Shown here: one piece after another, positions 48,363 to 57,505 of the stretch | Position numbering within the stretch: the first letter of the stretch is position 1 | Layout: every line of letters starts with the position of its first letter | Virus record (IMG/VR): IMGVR_UViG_3300012953_000001 | Span: 114,430-178,429 of that record | Origin: a virus | DNA: 64,000 bases | Strand: one strand, 5' to 3' | Notes under the pieces: generated by a model | Seen by the model: the letters and a program-made list of their open reading frames with translations, nothing else | The model's database searches: none | Told to the model about the DNA's origin: nothing | Position numbers and translations under genes: made by a program

Positions 48363-50357
48363 ATGATACAATCCCCTGTTTCTTCGCCAGAAGAACGAAA
48401 AGTGCGTACTTTCTCATTAAGTAACGCGTTTATTGAGGAATACGAGGGCACCCAACCGAAGTGGGGTCCTGTGGGTTATTTCACCTACAAACGAACCTAC
48501 GCCCGACCTAAGGAAGATGGTTCAACCGAAGAGTACTGGGAAACCTGTAAGCGCGTAGTTGAGGGAGTTTATAATATCCAGAAGATCCACTGTCGTCAGC
48601 TTCGACTTCCTTGGAACGAACCTAAGGCACAAAAAAGTGCGCAAGAGATGTTTCGAAGGATGTGGGGCTTTAAGTGGCTTCCTCCTGGTCGTGGTCTATG
48701 GGCCATGGGTACAGAGATGATCTTTGATAAGGGTGGCGCTGCGCTAAACAATTGCGCCTTCGTAAGCACCGAGGAGATCGACGTAGACTTCGCTGCCCCG
48801 TTCACATTCCTTATGGATATGTCCATGCTGGGTGTCGGTGTGGGTGGTGATTGCCGAGGAGCGGGCAAGGTTAAAATCCAAGTCCCTAGGATGAGTGAGA
48901 AGACCTATGTTGTGGAGGATAGTCGAGAAGGTTGGGTGGATATTGTCAGAGTTGCTCTCAACAGCTTTGTCGGAAAAGGTCATTACCCAACAAATCCAGA
49001 CTACTCTCAAGTTAGAAAAAGAGGTTCCATAATCAATGGGTTTGGTGGTGTGGCCTCTGGTCCTCAACCGCTGATCGATCTGATCGATAACCTGACCGAG
49101 TTGTTAATGCCTAAGGATGGTGAGCCTTATAAGATCTCCTCAGCCATTATTGTTGATATCTTCAATATGGTAGGCAAATGTGTCGTGTCTGGAGGTATCC
49201 GAAGGACTGCTGAAATCATGTTTGGTGATCCTGACGATCACGAATTCGTGACTCTAAAGCAGGACAAGGAAAAGCTTCACAGCCACCGATGGGCTTCTAA
49301 CAATTCTGTCTTCGGTACCATTGGTATGGATTACTCTGGTGTAGCAGACAGTATTGCTAAGAATGGAGAGCCTGGAGTTATCTGGCTTGACAACATGCAG
49401 CACTATCGAAGAATGAATGGTGAACGTGGTCGTTATGACATGCGTGTTATGGGAAGCAATCCCTGCTCAGAGCAAAGCTTAGAATCATTTGAGCTTTGTT
49501 GCTTAGTAGAGACATTTCCCGCGCACCATGAAGATCTTGATGACTACATCCGAACACTAAAGTTCGCGTACCTTTACGCCAAAAGCGTCACCCTGATTAC
49601 AACACATGACCAGCGTACAAACGCGGTAATGATGAGGAATAGACGTATTGGTTGTTCCCAATCCGGGATTGTCCAGGCCATCAAAAAGCTGGGTCGTAGA
49701 GAGTACTTACGTTGGTGTGATGAAGGTTACGGATTCATTCGTGAACTTGATAGAACCTATAGTGATTGGCTGTGTATTCCAAGGTCCGTCAAGATGACAT
49801 CTGTTAAGCCAAGCGGTACTGTGAGTCTGTTATGTGGTGCCACCCCAGGCATCCACTACCCACACTCAGAGTACTATATAAGAAACATCCGTGTGGCGAA
49901 CACTTCGCCATTGGTGGCTGCTGCTAAAGCTGCTGGCTATGTTGTTGAACCAGATAGTTACGCAGACGACACCTCAGTGGTGAGCTTCCCGGTGAAGGAA
50001 GATCATTTCTCTAAAGGGAAACGTGATGCCTCTATCTGGGAACAGTTTGCTAACGCAGCCGATCTACAGAAGTACTGGGCTGACAACCAAGTTAGCATCA
50101 CTGTGTCATTTCAGAATGGTGAGCATAAGGACATTAAGACCTGTCTCGAAGTTTACGAGACGAGACTTAAGTCTGTGTCCCTCTTACCGCTCAACGATAG
50201 TGACCACGGATATGTCCAAGCTCCTTACATCGAAATTACAGAAGAGGAATACACCAAGCTTTCTAAAGGCTTGCGTCCTATAGATTTCAGCGCCTCTGTT
50301 CATGAGGTTGATGAGAAGTTCTGTGATGGAGATGCGTGTGAGGTAAAAATTGGCTAG
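48363..50357 (+). CDS. nrdJ: class II adenosylcobalamin-dependent ribonucleotide reductase (monomeric RTPR type)
   Basis: WLPPGRGLW, NCAFVS, GGIRRTA, NPCSEQ and TSVKPSGTVSLL motifs; C-terminal CDGDAC. Confidence 0.95.
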   Translation: MIQSPVSSPEERKVRTFSLSNAFIEEYEGTQPKWGPVGYFTYKRTYARPKEDGSTEEYWETCKRVVEGVYNIQKIHCRQLRLPWNEPKAQKSAQEMFRRMWGFKWLPPGRGLWAMGTEMIFDKGGAALNNCAFVSTEEIDVDFAAPFTFLMDMSMLGVGVGGDCRGAGKVKIQVPRMSEKTYVVEDSREGWVDIVRVALNSFVGKGHYPTNPDYSQVRKRGSIINGFGGVASGPQPLIDLIDNLTELLMPKDGEPYKISSAIIVDIFNMVGKCVVSGGIRRTAEIMFGDPDDHEFVTLKQDKEKLHSHRWASNNSVFGTIGMDYSGVADSIAKNGEPGVIWLDNMQHYRRMNGERGRYDMRVMGSNPCSEQSLESFELCCLVETFPAHHEDLDDYIRTLKFAYLYAKSVTLITTHDQRTNAVMMRNRRIGCSQSGIVQAIKKLGRREYLRWCDEGYGFIRELDRTYSDWLCIPRSVKMTSVKPSGTVSLLCGATPGIHYPHSEYYIRNIRVANTSPLVAAAKAAGYVVEPDSYADDTSVVSFPVKEDHFSKGKRDASIWEQFANAADLQKYWADNQVSITVSFQNGEHKDIKTCLEVYETRLKSVSLLPLNDSDHGYVQAPYIEITEEEYTKLSKGLRPIDFSASVHEVDEKFCDGDACEVKIG

Positions 50358-50360
50358 TGC

Positions 50361-50398
50361 TGAGTGGACCCCCTGGTAACTCCAGGGGGCCACACTCA
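50361..50398. terminator. GC-rich hairpin between convergent genes
   Basis: TGAGTG..CCCCCTGG/CCAGGGGG..CACTCA. Confidence 0.65.
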
Positions 50399-50415
50399 TC
50401 CACTAATCTTTTTAT

Positions 50416-50925
50416 CTATGCACTGCTGGTGGAACTCTGCCATTCCCGCAGTCGATCAATCGCTGCCGTCAAGCCACCAGTTACTTCATCACAAACTTCG
50501 CTTCCTGGGGAATGCTCCCAACCGGCGTCACTGACCGTTTCTGATGCGTACTCGGACGCGCACTCTGCTGCTTGAGATGCGGCGGCACTGATTACGTCAC
50601 TGACCGAAGACTCAACATGACCGTTGACGCTATATGCGTCATCACGTGCAGTAACGAGCAGGTCAAGCACAGCCTCAACAACGTCGCTGCGTGGTGCTGC
50701 TTGTTGTGATGCTTGCTGGCCCAGGACGACCGTCCCATCAGGACTTACCTGTCGCTCGAAAGCAGAGAATACCGCTTGGAAATCCAAGGGCTTCCCGTCA
50801 AGCGTAAGTTCTAGATTTAATTTTGACATATCGTGTTCAGCGATAGCTTGTGGGTTGGACATCAATGCACAACTCAGAAACTTTCCAAAGAGCGTGTCCG
50901 CAACAGTGGTTAGATTGTAGTTCAT
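50416..50925 (-). CDS. acidic hypothetical protein
   Basis: 169 aa, AAGGAG SD. Confidence 0.65.
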   Translation of the reverse strand: MNYNLTTVADTLFGKFLSCALMSNPQAIAEHDMSKLNLELTLDGKPLDFQAVFSAFERQVSPDGTVVLGQQASQQAAPRSDVVEAVLDLLVTARDDAYSVNGHVESSVSDVISAAASQAAECASEYASETVSDAGWEHSPGSEVCDEVTGGLTAAIDRLREWQSSTSSA

Positions 50926-51220
50926 AGTGACTACTCCTTTGTTCTCTAACTTCTTGATTCTATTATATATATGGACGTGAAGGGGACCTCGAAAAGCTTA
51001 TACCAATAAAGGTCAAAAAATTACCCACAAAGTCTAGCTTGTTTGGGTAAGATATACAGATAGTAAAAAACACAGTTAGAACGGGGGCTTACAGAGTAAC
51101 CATGTGTATACACGTATACACAAGTATTACTGGTAATGCTGGTTTGAAGTGGGGGGTACGACGACCCCCGCACACAGAGATATGATGTATAGCAGCACCT
51201 TTTACACTGCGGGCAATGTG

Positions 51221-51580
51221 ATGAGTGACGAAAACGAAGACGCAAAAATAATCCCCTTCCCTTCACGAAAAGTCGTAAGAGAGGACGTGGTCGAAAGGCT
51301 CGCTCTATCAGAAGAAGAAGCATATGACTTGATTATCGCTGTTTCTTCGATCAACATGGCAACGAAGTACAAAGGAGAGTTCGACGAGAACTGTAAGCTA
51401 AACCTCCAAAATGAGAACTTTCCCTGCACAGAAAACTGTGGTTGCTATGTACACATGTTATCCTCTATGGCTTTAGAGGTTGTCACTGACGGGCCGCGTA
51501 AGTCCGAAGCCAAGGAAGCTCTTAGGAGCGAATACATTACTCTGCAAAGAGAAGGACCGAAGAAAAAGACCGATGTCTAG
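51221..51580 (+). CDS. hypothetical protein with C..C.C motif
   Basis: Probable ATG 51221. Confidence 0.55.
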   Translation: MSDENEDAKIIPFPSRKVVREDVVERLALSEEEAYDLIIAVSSINMATKYKGEFDENCKLNLQNENFPCTENCGCYVHMLSSMALEVVTDGPRKSEAKEALRSEYITLQREGPKKKTDV

Positions 51581-51773
51581 AAGAGCAGAATACGTTAAAG
51601 ACGTTGAAGTACTCGATCCCAAGACAGATGACTACATAAGTCTAGAAGTTTGGCGCGACCCGGGTACTGGTAGATTGTTTGCGCTTGAGGTAGAATTCAT
51701 GGCCTCGGGCCAAGGGTCCTTACAGATGAAGTCCCCCTACACAAAAGCGGAAATTTTGCTAGACCCCGTGTAG
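51573..51773 (+). CDS. small hypothetical protein
   Basis: ATG 51573, coupled overlap. Confidence 0.55.
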   Translation: MSRRAEYVKDVEVLDPKTDDYISLEVWRDPGTGRLFALEVEFMASGQGSLQMKSPYTKAEILLDPV

Positions 51774-51774
51774 C

Positions 51775-51802
51775 GCAAAATAAACGAATACGCAGGTATA
51801 AG
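51775..51802 (+). promoter_or_regulatory. phage promoter-like motif GCAAAA-N14-GGTATAAG heading the tRNA cluster
   Basis: Consensus instance. Confidence 0.6.
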
Positions 51803-51825
51803 AGGTTTGTGGAAGGCACACGTCT

Positions 51826-51936
51826 ATGGATAACAAGTTTGATATTAAATCCTACCTAAAATCTAGACTACCGCTGATCTTGCTCTCCGGACTAATAGCT
51901 ACAATACTTAAGATACTTACGCACAGCGCAAACTAG
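51826..51936 (+). CDS. 36-aa membrane peptide
   Basis: MDNKFDIKSYLKSRLPLILLSGLIATILKILTHSAN, ending 9 nt before the tRNA. Confidence 0.45.
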   Translation: MDNKFDIKSYLKSRLPLILLSGLIATILKILTHSAN

Positions 51937-51945
51937 TACCTATTC

Positions 51946-52041
51946 GGGCCCGTAGCTCAGTGGTTAGAGCAGCAAGCTTATACCTTGTATTAGCGCCTGA
52001 TAAGCGCGAGGTCGTGGGTTCAAATCCCACCGGGCCTACCA
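51946..52041 (+). tRNA. trnI: atypical 96-nt tRNA-Ile with two tandem anticodon arms (UAU and GAU)
   Basis: Acceptor GGGCCCG/CGGGCCT, A73, encoded CCA; D arm GCTC/GAGC; arm1 GCAAG-CTTATAC-CTTGT; arm2 GCGC-CTGATAA-GCGC; AGGTC; T arm GTGGG-TTCAAAT-CCCAC. Confidence 0.85.
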
Positions 52042-52058
52042 AACTTGTGGAGGGACTT

Positions 52059-52382
52059 ATGTCCGAAAAAGAAACTATGAAGAAAGAAGCTCTAGAAGCC
52101 CTAGAGTCAATACTCCCAGGCATAAGTCAGTTCTTGGAAAGTGAAGAGTACGAGCAGGACCATGGGGAAGATATCCCCGGTCTGGATGTCGTCGTCGCTC
52201 TGTTCCAAGAAACAAAGAAGATACAGAAGGAATATCCTATTCTGTTCTCTCTTGCGATGGATGCACTAAACGCAATCAAGGACCACGAAGTCAAACTTGA
52301 GATACTCAAGAATATGATTCTGTCACTTGATGGTATGATCAGTGGGCCAATGACTCCACCAGACGATGGGTACCTGAACTAG
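52059..52382 (+). CDS. acidic hypothetical protein between tRNAs
   Basis: GGAGG SD, ATG 52059. Confidence 0.65.
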   Translation: MSEKETMKKEALEALESILPGISQFLESEEYEQDHGEDIPGLDVVVALFQETKKIQKEYPILFSLAMDALNAIKDHEVKLEILKNMILSLDGMISGPMTPPDDGYLN

Positions 52383-52390
52383 GTACTCAA

Positions 52391-52476
52391 GGGGCTGTGG
52401 CGGAATTGGTATACGCATCAGACTTAAAATCTGACGCCCTATGGGATTGAGGGTTCGAGTCCCTCCAGCCCCACCA
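52391..52476 (+). tRNA. trnL: tRNA-Leu(UAA)
   Basis: GGGGCTG/CAGCCCC acceptor, TCAGA-CTTAAAA-TCTGA, long variable arm, TTCGAGT loop, CCA. Confidence 0.95.
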
Positions 52477-52489
52477 CTCTCTACATACA

Positions 52490-52857
52490 TAGACATGGGA
52501 ACAAAAGTGCTTCCGGGCATTCCATAGATAGACTACCGACAGCCCGTCAGGAATCCAAAGACACCTGCTATTGGAGGTTTTTCTCCTTTCTCCCTATTTC
52601 CAATACCGGGAAGTCTAGGAAGTAATACCTGTGCATGAGGGGGAAGGTAGTTAGGTTACCGACAAGAAATCAAGCAAGCTAGCCATACCCAGCGGTATCC
52701 CCCAGATGGATATGGTGAAAAGGTGTAGCGCCCGAGCGAGTAACATCTCATAGTAGCGCCATGGGTCGCGAGACTATGAGTCGCTTACTCTGCACTGATT
52801 TCTGTCGGATAGCAAATTCTATTGATTGTCCCGGGAGCACTTTTGTTCTCATGTCTA
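52490..52857 (+). ncRNA. ~370-nt ornate structured ncRNA (RNase P-like motifs, unassigned)
   Basis: 28-bp terminal helix with two G-U pairs that fix the + strand; many internal helices; no ORF; lies between two tRNAs. Confidence 0.75.
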
Positions 52858-52868
52858 ACAATATAAAC

Positions 52869-52944
52869 GGGCCGCTAGCTCAACCGGTAGAGCACCGGAC
52901 TTTTAATCCGTAGGTTCCGAGTTCGAGTCTCGGGCGGCTCACCA
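52869..52944 (+). tRNA. trnK: tRNA-Lys(UUU)
   Basis: GGGCCGC/GCGGCTC acceptor, CGGA-CTTTTAA-TCCG, TTCGAGT loop, CCA; 76 nt. Confidence 0.95.
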
Positions 52945-52962
52945 ATCAACCATGGAGGCAAA

Positions 52963-53364
52963 ATGAAAGAAACAGACAAGAGGTACTTGTTCCTTGTGCG
53001 TGGTCTGCCCGGAAGCGGGAAATCCACGGTCGCGGCTGAATTGATCGGACACGAAGGTGTCATGGTAGCCGCCGATGACTACTTTGAAAAAAGTGGGGAA
53101 TATATATTTGATCCGTCAAAGCTACCAGACGCCCACGAAGAGTGTCGAAACAACGTAGAAAAGGCAATGCTCGCAGATTGCCCAAAGATCGCTGTGCACA
53201 ATACCTTCTCTCAGAGATGGGAAGCAGAGCCGTATTTCGCACTAGCAACAAAACACAAATACTCTATATCAGTGGTTGAGTGTCAGAGTAACTTTGGTAA
53301 TATCCATGGCGTGCCCGACAGTACCATATTAAAGATGATTGAACGTTGGGAGCCGTTGGTATAA
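52963..53364 (+). CDS. AAA_33/N4BP2-like P-loop (polynucleotide) kinase
   Basis: VRGLPGSGKST, ADDYF, AH..C, NTF..WE..PY. Confidence 0.85.
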   Translation: MKETDKRYLFLVRGLPGSGKSTVAAELIGHEGVMVAADDYFEKSGEYIFDPSKLPDAHEECRNNVEKAMLADCPKIAVHNTFSQRWEAEPYFALATKHKYSISVVECQSNFGNIHGVPDSTILKMIERWEPLV

Positions 53365-53391
53365 ACAACGTATTATCAGTTATGGAGACCT

Positions 53392-53420
53392 GCAAGATGG
53401 CTAACGATCCTAGGTATAAG
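53392..53420 (+). promoter_or_regulatory. phage promoter-like motif GCAAGA-N15-GGTATAAG
   Basis: Upstream of 53464. Confidence 0.55.
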
Positions 53421-53463
53421 AACTATGAAGGAATTACCCTTCTATCTATCCTAGGAGAGAATA

Positions 53464-53679
53464 ATGGATTACCGATGCATTCTATGCGAAAACGATATGG
53501 CTATCGGGAAAATGCCAACCGGCACAGCCATTTACTGCCCAGACCAAGACTGTAGTGAACATACAGTCACGATTATTAGTGGAGGCACAGCAACATGTTC
53601 ATCGAGCTTCAAACAAGGCCTGACGGCTTTCCAGATGGGTACTCACGCACCCTGCTCCGTTCAACTTCAATTGTTCTAA
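53464..53679 (+). CDS. small zinc-finger protein
   Basis: CILC..CPDQDC; AGGAG SD. Confidence 0.55.
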   Translation: MDYRCILCENDMAIGKMPTGTAIYCPDQDCSEHTVTIISGGTATCSSSFKQGLTAFQMGTHAPCSVQLQLF

Positions 53680-53870
53680 TCCGGGAATCAGAAAAGAGCC
53701 CAGGTCATACAGAGGTTGTACTCGATAATAGTAGTTGTCATACTTGCCAAGAAAATATTGAGGAAGTCTTTTCCAGGATTCAAAAAGCTGAGGCCTCAAG
53801 TAATATGGGTTACTCTGTGACAATGGAAGGTAATGGCTTCACAACGACCGCAACTGGGACTAATCTTTAA
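53595..53870 (+). CDS. hypothetical protein
   Basis: GGAGG SD; MFIEL..LL....IV.I pattern. Confidence 0.55.
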   Translation: MFIELQTRPDGFPDGYSRTLLRSTSIVLIRESEKSPGHTEVVLDNSSCHTCQENIEEVFSRIQKAEASSNMGYSVTMEGNGFTTTATGTNL

Positions 53871-53963
53871 ACCAACTCCAGCGTCGGCCCAACTTATGTT
53901 GGGTCGGCGTTGGTCCTATTTATTACGTACTATAGAAAAATGGATAATAAGAACTAGGGGACT

Positions 53964-54440
53964 ATGATGATTTGTATTGACCTATCGCGACTCTACTTCG
54001 CAATTCGTGACCTGAACGTCACGATAAACTATGAGAAGCTTCTTAAGGTCCTCCTAGAAACGTGTGATGGTGAAAACGTAGGTGTGGAGGCTTTTACAAA
54101 AGCTGATCCCAAAAACGTAAACCAAAGCAAGTTCCTAAAGAGGCTAGAAGGACTTGGCTTCAAACTACACGTATATGATGTAGCAACCAGCACAGACTCT
54201 TTCTCTGCTGAAATCGCAACGATTGCTGCGCTTTCAGGGGATAAGGAAATTACTATTCTTTCAAACGATCAATCCCTGATGGGAGTGTTCAAGCTTCTTG
54301 AGGAGCACGAAAGAAACGTAACTCTCTGTTTCTTTAGCGAAAAGCTAGAGAAGGGCTGGACCCCCAAGATTCTATGCGGGGACATCAAGTTTTTAGACTT
54401 ATCTAATCCGGAGGTTCGGAAATCAATCACTAACTCTTAG
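53964..54440 (+). CDS. NYN/LabA (PIN-like) domain protein, divergent
   Basis: CIDLSRLY..INYEKL..ILSND pattern. Confidence 0.5.
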   Translation: MMICIDLSRLYFAIRDLNVTINYEKLLKVLLETCDGENVGVEAFTKADPKNVNQSKFLKRLEGLGFKLHVYDVATSTDSFSAEIATIAALSGDKEITILSNDQSLMGVFKLLEEHERNVTLCFFSEKLEKGWTPKILCGDIKFLDLSNPEVRKSITNS

Positions 54441-54449
54441 GAGGCAAAC

Positions 54450-54950
<501 letters not shown>

Positions 54951-55003
54951 GAACTTATAGTGGGGGGCGATACGTCCCCCGCGAATTTATTAGGAGTAAT
55001 AAG

Positions 55004-55528
55004 ATGACGAACGGTATTCAGTACTATATTAATAGTTATCGAGATCGTATCCAGGTTGGTGACATCCTAGATATGCAACACATTGTTGTTCCCATCAAAA
55101 CTGGCGGGAGAATCTACGGTGCGATCAGCCAACAATTTATGAAGAGATACCCGGGTTTCAAAATCCCAGTACTCGATCTTTGTCAGGCAGAAATGGTGGT
55201 TATCGACAAAGAGAAACAGACCACTGCCACCTTTATCGCTTATTGGAGCGATGAATCGGAGTACACCCAAAACCACATGGCTTTGGCTGCAACGCGTTCA
55301 TTGTCGGTGGCTAGCCGAACAGCGCAAAAACTCCAAGAAGACTGGGACGGAGAAATTGAGCAGTGGCAACTGGCCATGCCGATGTTCCGTGGTGCTGAGG
55401 AGTCTGCGGCTAATATCGCAGCGATAGAAGCGGAACTTCAAGAGTGCTACGATGTTTTGTGCAACTGCGGTATCCCACCTTGTGAGGTAGATATTGTGGT
55501 GCGTAACGCAGAGTTCGTTCCTGTTTAG
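55004..55528 (+). CDS. macrodomain-like protein (divergent)
   Basis: GDILD..IVVP...GRIYGAISQQF..RYP resembles the macrodomain N-terminus. Confidence 0.4.
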   Translation: MTNGIQYYINSYRDRIQVGDILDMQHIVVPIKTGGRIYGAISQQFMKRYPGFKIPVLDLCQAEMVVIDKEKQTTATFIAYWSDESEYTQNHMALAATRSLSVASRTAQKLQEDWDGEIEQWQLAMPMFRGAEESAANIAAIEAELQECYDVLCNCGIPPCEVDIVVRNAEFVPV

Positions 55529-56562
55529 TAGGGCGCTCTGAGGTTCTTTAAAAACTGCTGCTGAAGACGTGAGTCCGTAATCGGGTTTGCAGAAGACCAC
55601 CAACTAAAGTTCCTGGGCAACCTGCCTGCCGTTCTTCGGATCTTCTCAAACATCTCTGGTGTGGCATCACGAATAGTTTGGCCCTTTGTTAACATCCCAC
55701 GACTGAGCATGTTCTGTTCTAGCTGCGCGGCTCTAAGGGCCTCTTGCTGCATACCAGTGCTTGCCCAGTTCATCCCATGGTCTTTGGTCTGGCTTATCAA
55801 TGTGGGTAAATTCTTTCTTCGATGGGAAGCCAGAATGGCGTGGTCCCCAGCCCTTAGCTGGTAGGGGCCCGCTGTTCTGGCTATCGAGTAATCGAACGCA
55901 CCATGATTAATGTTAGGGGCATCTCTAAGAATACGCCCTTCCTGGTGAAGTTTCCCCAGGTTCGCGTGGATACCTTCTGCGTTGTCTCCCCTAAACCACA
56001 TCTTAGAGACCTGCTTTTTGTTGGGGTTCGAGCCTAGAGAGCGCGACCACTCTAACCCAGGCTGTCCCCGATGCCAGTAGACATCGGCCAACCCTGGCCG
56101 AGTGTACTGTGCTCTATTTCCAGTGCTTGGGGATATCTTCCCAGATCTAAGGATATCGTCCATGGCCGCTAGACCCCCGCCAGAAGCGGAGTCGTGGGTT
56201 AAGAAGCCCTTTGAGTGTGCTCTCGCCGCAGGTTGTCCGTGCCCATATAGTTTGCCTGTCTGCATGGCAACATGCTCTCCTATACCTTTACGGTACCCAG
56301 ACACGAGAGAGTTAAACTGTTTCACGGCATCTTCAGGCCTAACCAGACCCTGGAGTTGCGAAGGAACCCTGCTCTTGGTAATTATCGCAGGTGCTTGTGG
56401 TGTCTTTGTAGCCTGGGAAACGGTCTTCAAGGCACTGGAGGGTAACTTAATCCGTGGCGCAGCCTTTGCTCCCACAGCCGCCAGCCTAGCAAGGCTAAAT
56501 GCGGCCTCTTTTTCCAGGGTGTTGTGGAAACACTTTTTATATGCACTAACAAAATCAGTCAT
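55525..56562 (-). CDS. basic protein with LEKEA leader and ART-fold-like segment
   Basis: FHNTLEKEAA; TH......DILRSGKISPS..G..DVYW. Confidence 0.5.
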   Translation of the reverse strand: MTDFVSAYKKCFHNTLEKEAAFSLARLAAVGAKAAPRIKLPSSALKTVSQATKTPQAPAIITKSRVPSQLQGLVRPEDAVKQFNSLVSGYRKGIGEHVAMQTGKLYGHGQPAARAHSKGFLTHDSASGGGLAAMDDILRSGKISPSTGNRAQYTRPGLADVYWHRGQPGLEWSRSLGSNPNKKQVSKMWFRGDNAEGIHANLGKLHQEGRILRDAPNINHGAFDYSIARTAGPYQLRAGDHAILASHRRKNLPTLISQTKDHGMNWASTGMQQEALRAAQLEQNMLSRGMLTKGQTIRDATPEMFEKIRRTAGRLPRNFSWWSSANPITDSRLQQQFLKNLRAPY

Positions 56563-56604
56563 ACTAACCTCAATAAACCAAAGATAGCAGAGTAACTAAA
56601 TGAG

Positions 56605-56862
56605 ATGAAGACGGTAATCCACGTGAACCAACACGTAATAAAGAAAAATGTTCGAGATGGGTCACAGGATCCCGTCCTTACAGTTAAAACTTATAAGCAA
56701 AATGTCTACGGTCATGAAGCTATCCTATTCGACGCAGAAGGTCGAGAGGTTGCCCGTGTAATATACAGACCAGAAAAACCACTCTCCTGTGGGGCTAGGG
56801 TCTGGATAGAAACACACAACCCCGTAGATGTTATCTTACTTGAAGACGAGGAGGAAGATTAG
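56605..56862 (+). CDS. conserved phage hypothetical protein
   Basis: IHVNQHVIKKN..PVLTVK..GHE..YRPEKPLSCGARVWIET. Confidence 0.7.
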   Translation: MKTVIHVNQHVIKKNVRDGSQDPVLTVKTYKQNVYGHEAILFDAEGREVARVIYRPEKPLSCGARVWIETHNPVDVILLEDEEED

Positions 56863-57501
56863 ATGCATGTATTACATCTAATAGCTGTTGAAGCCAACAG
56901 CGAAGAAGAAGCGATTATGGAAGCAGAGGCCGCAATTGACGGGTACGGAGAAGGAAGGGTCTGGGATTGGTTCGAGGTAGGGGGCCGATGGTCTGGGTTG
57001 TTCGGTACCACCAGTGACGGAAAAAACAAAAACGTCCTTGCCTACAGCGATGATCCAGAACAGTTCGAGGAGTCCCTGAGTAGATGCGATGCGTCACAAA
57101 ACAGAGAATTCTGCGAGACCCTAGATAAAATATTCGGGAGAAACATCTTTCCAGAAGAGACCTACGATTTCTTTGGTAGGGACCTTAGTCAGAGTGAGCG
57201 TGAAGAGATGGCAGAAAGGGTAACCAAGACAAACGTAGCTACTGGAAAGGCTTTTGAGTGCTTGCGTACTATGAGCGAAGTGCCTACAAAGAGTTCGTTC
57301 CCAACGCAACCTTTCTCAAGTGACCCTTACCACCTTGGGTATCTCCTAAAGAAATTAGGGATGCAATTAACCAGGGAGTATGACTTTAATGCATACTTCT
57401 GGGATAGAATAGAGTGGACTACATCTACAGGCCCAGCAAGAGAGCGTTGCGAAGAGGAGCCCTCTAAGCAATACTTGGTGGCGTTGGACCTCCATAACTA
57501 A
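56863..57501 (+). CDS. hypothetical protein
   Basis: 212 aa; WDWFEVGGRWSG motif common in phage proteins. Confidence 0.65.
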   Translation: MHVLHLIAVEANSEEEAIMEAEAAIDGYGEGRVWDWFEVGGRWSGLFGTTSDGKNKNVLAYSDDPEQFEESLSRCDASQNREFCETLDKIFGRNIFPEETYDFFGRDLSQSEREEMAERVTKTNVATGKAFECLRTMSEVPTKSSFPTQPFSSDPYHLGYLLKKLGMQLTREYDFNAYFWDRIEWTTSTGPARERCEEEPSKQYLVALDLHN

Positions 57502-57505
57502 AGGG

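Noticed and set aside
48128-48451. N-terminal extension of ORF 47468..48451 overlapping nrdJ
   Set aside because: A strong SD at ATG 48127 and promoter motifs in this interval indicate it is intergenic. No cobalamin riboswitch is seen before nrdJ.
51972-51991. tRNA intron explanation for the extra arm
   Set aside because: No bulge-helix-bulge or group I features. Excision at 37/38 gives a mismatched stem, and the insert is itself a well-formed anticodon arm.
51960-52058. N-terminal extension of ORF 51960..52382
   Set aside because: It runs through the tRNA-Ile gene; the SD supports ATG 52059.
52490-52857. Group I/II intron, tmRNA or theta ribozyme
   Set aside because: GAGACUA resembles the group I R element but has no downstream UAGUC partner. 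No group II domain V, no tRNA-like tmRNA ends, and no HDV-like fold abutting a tRNA 3' end.
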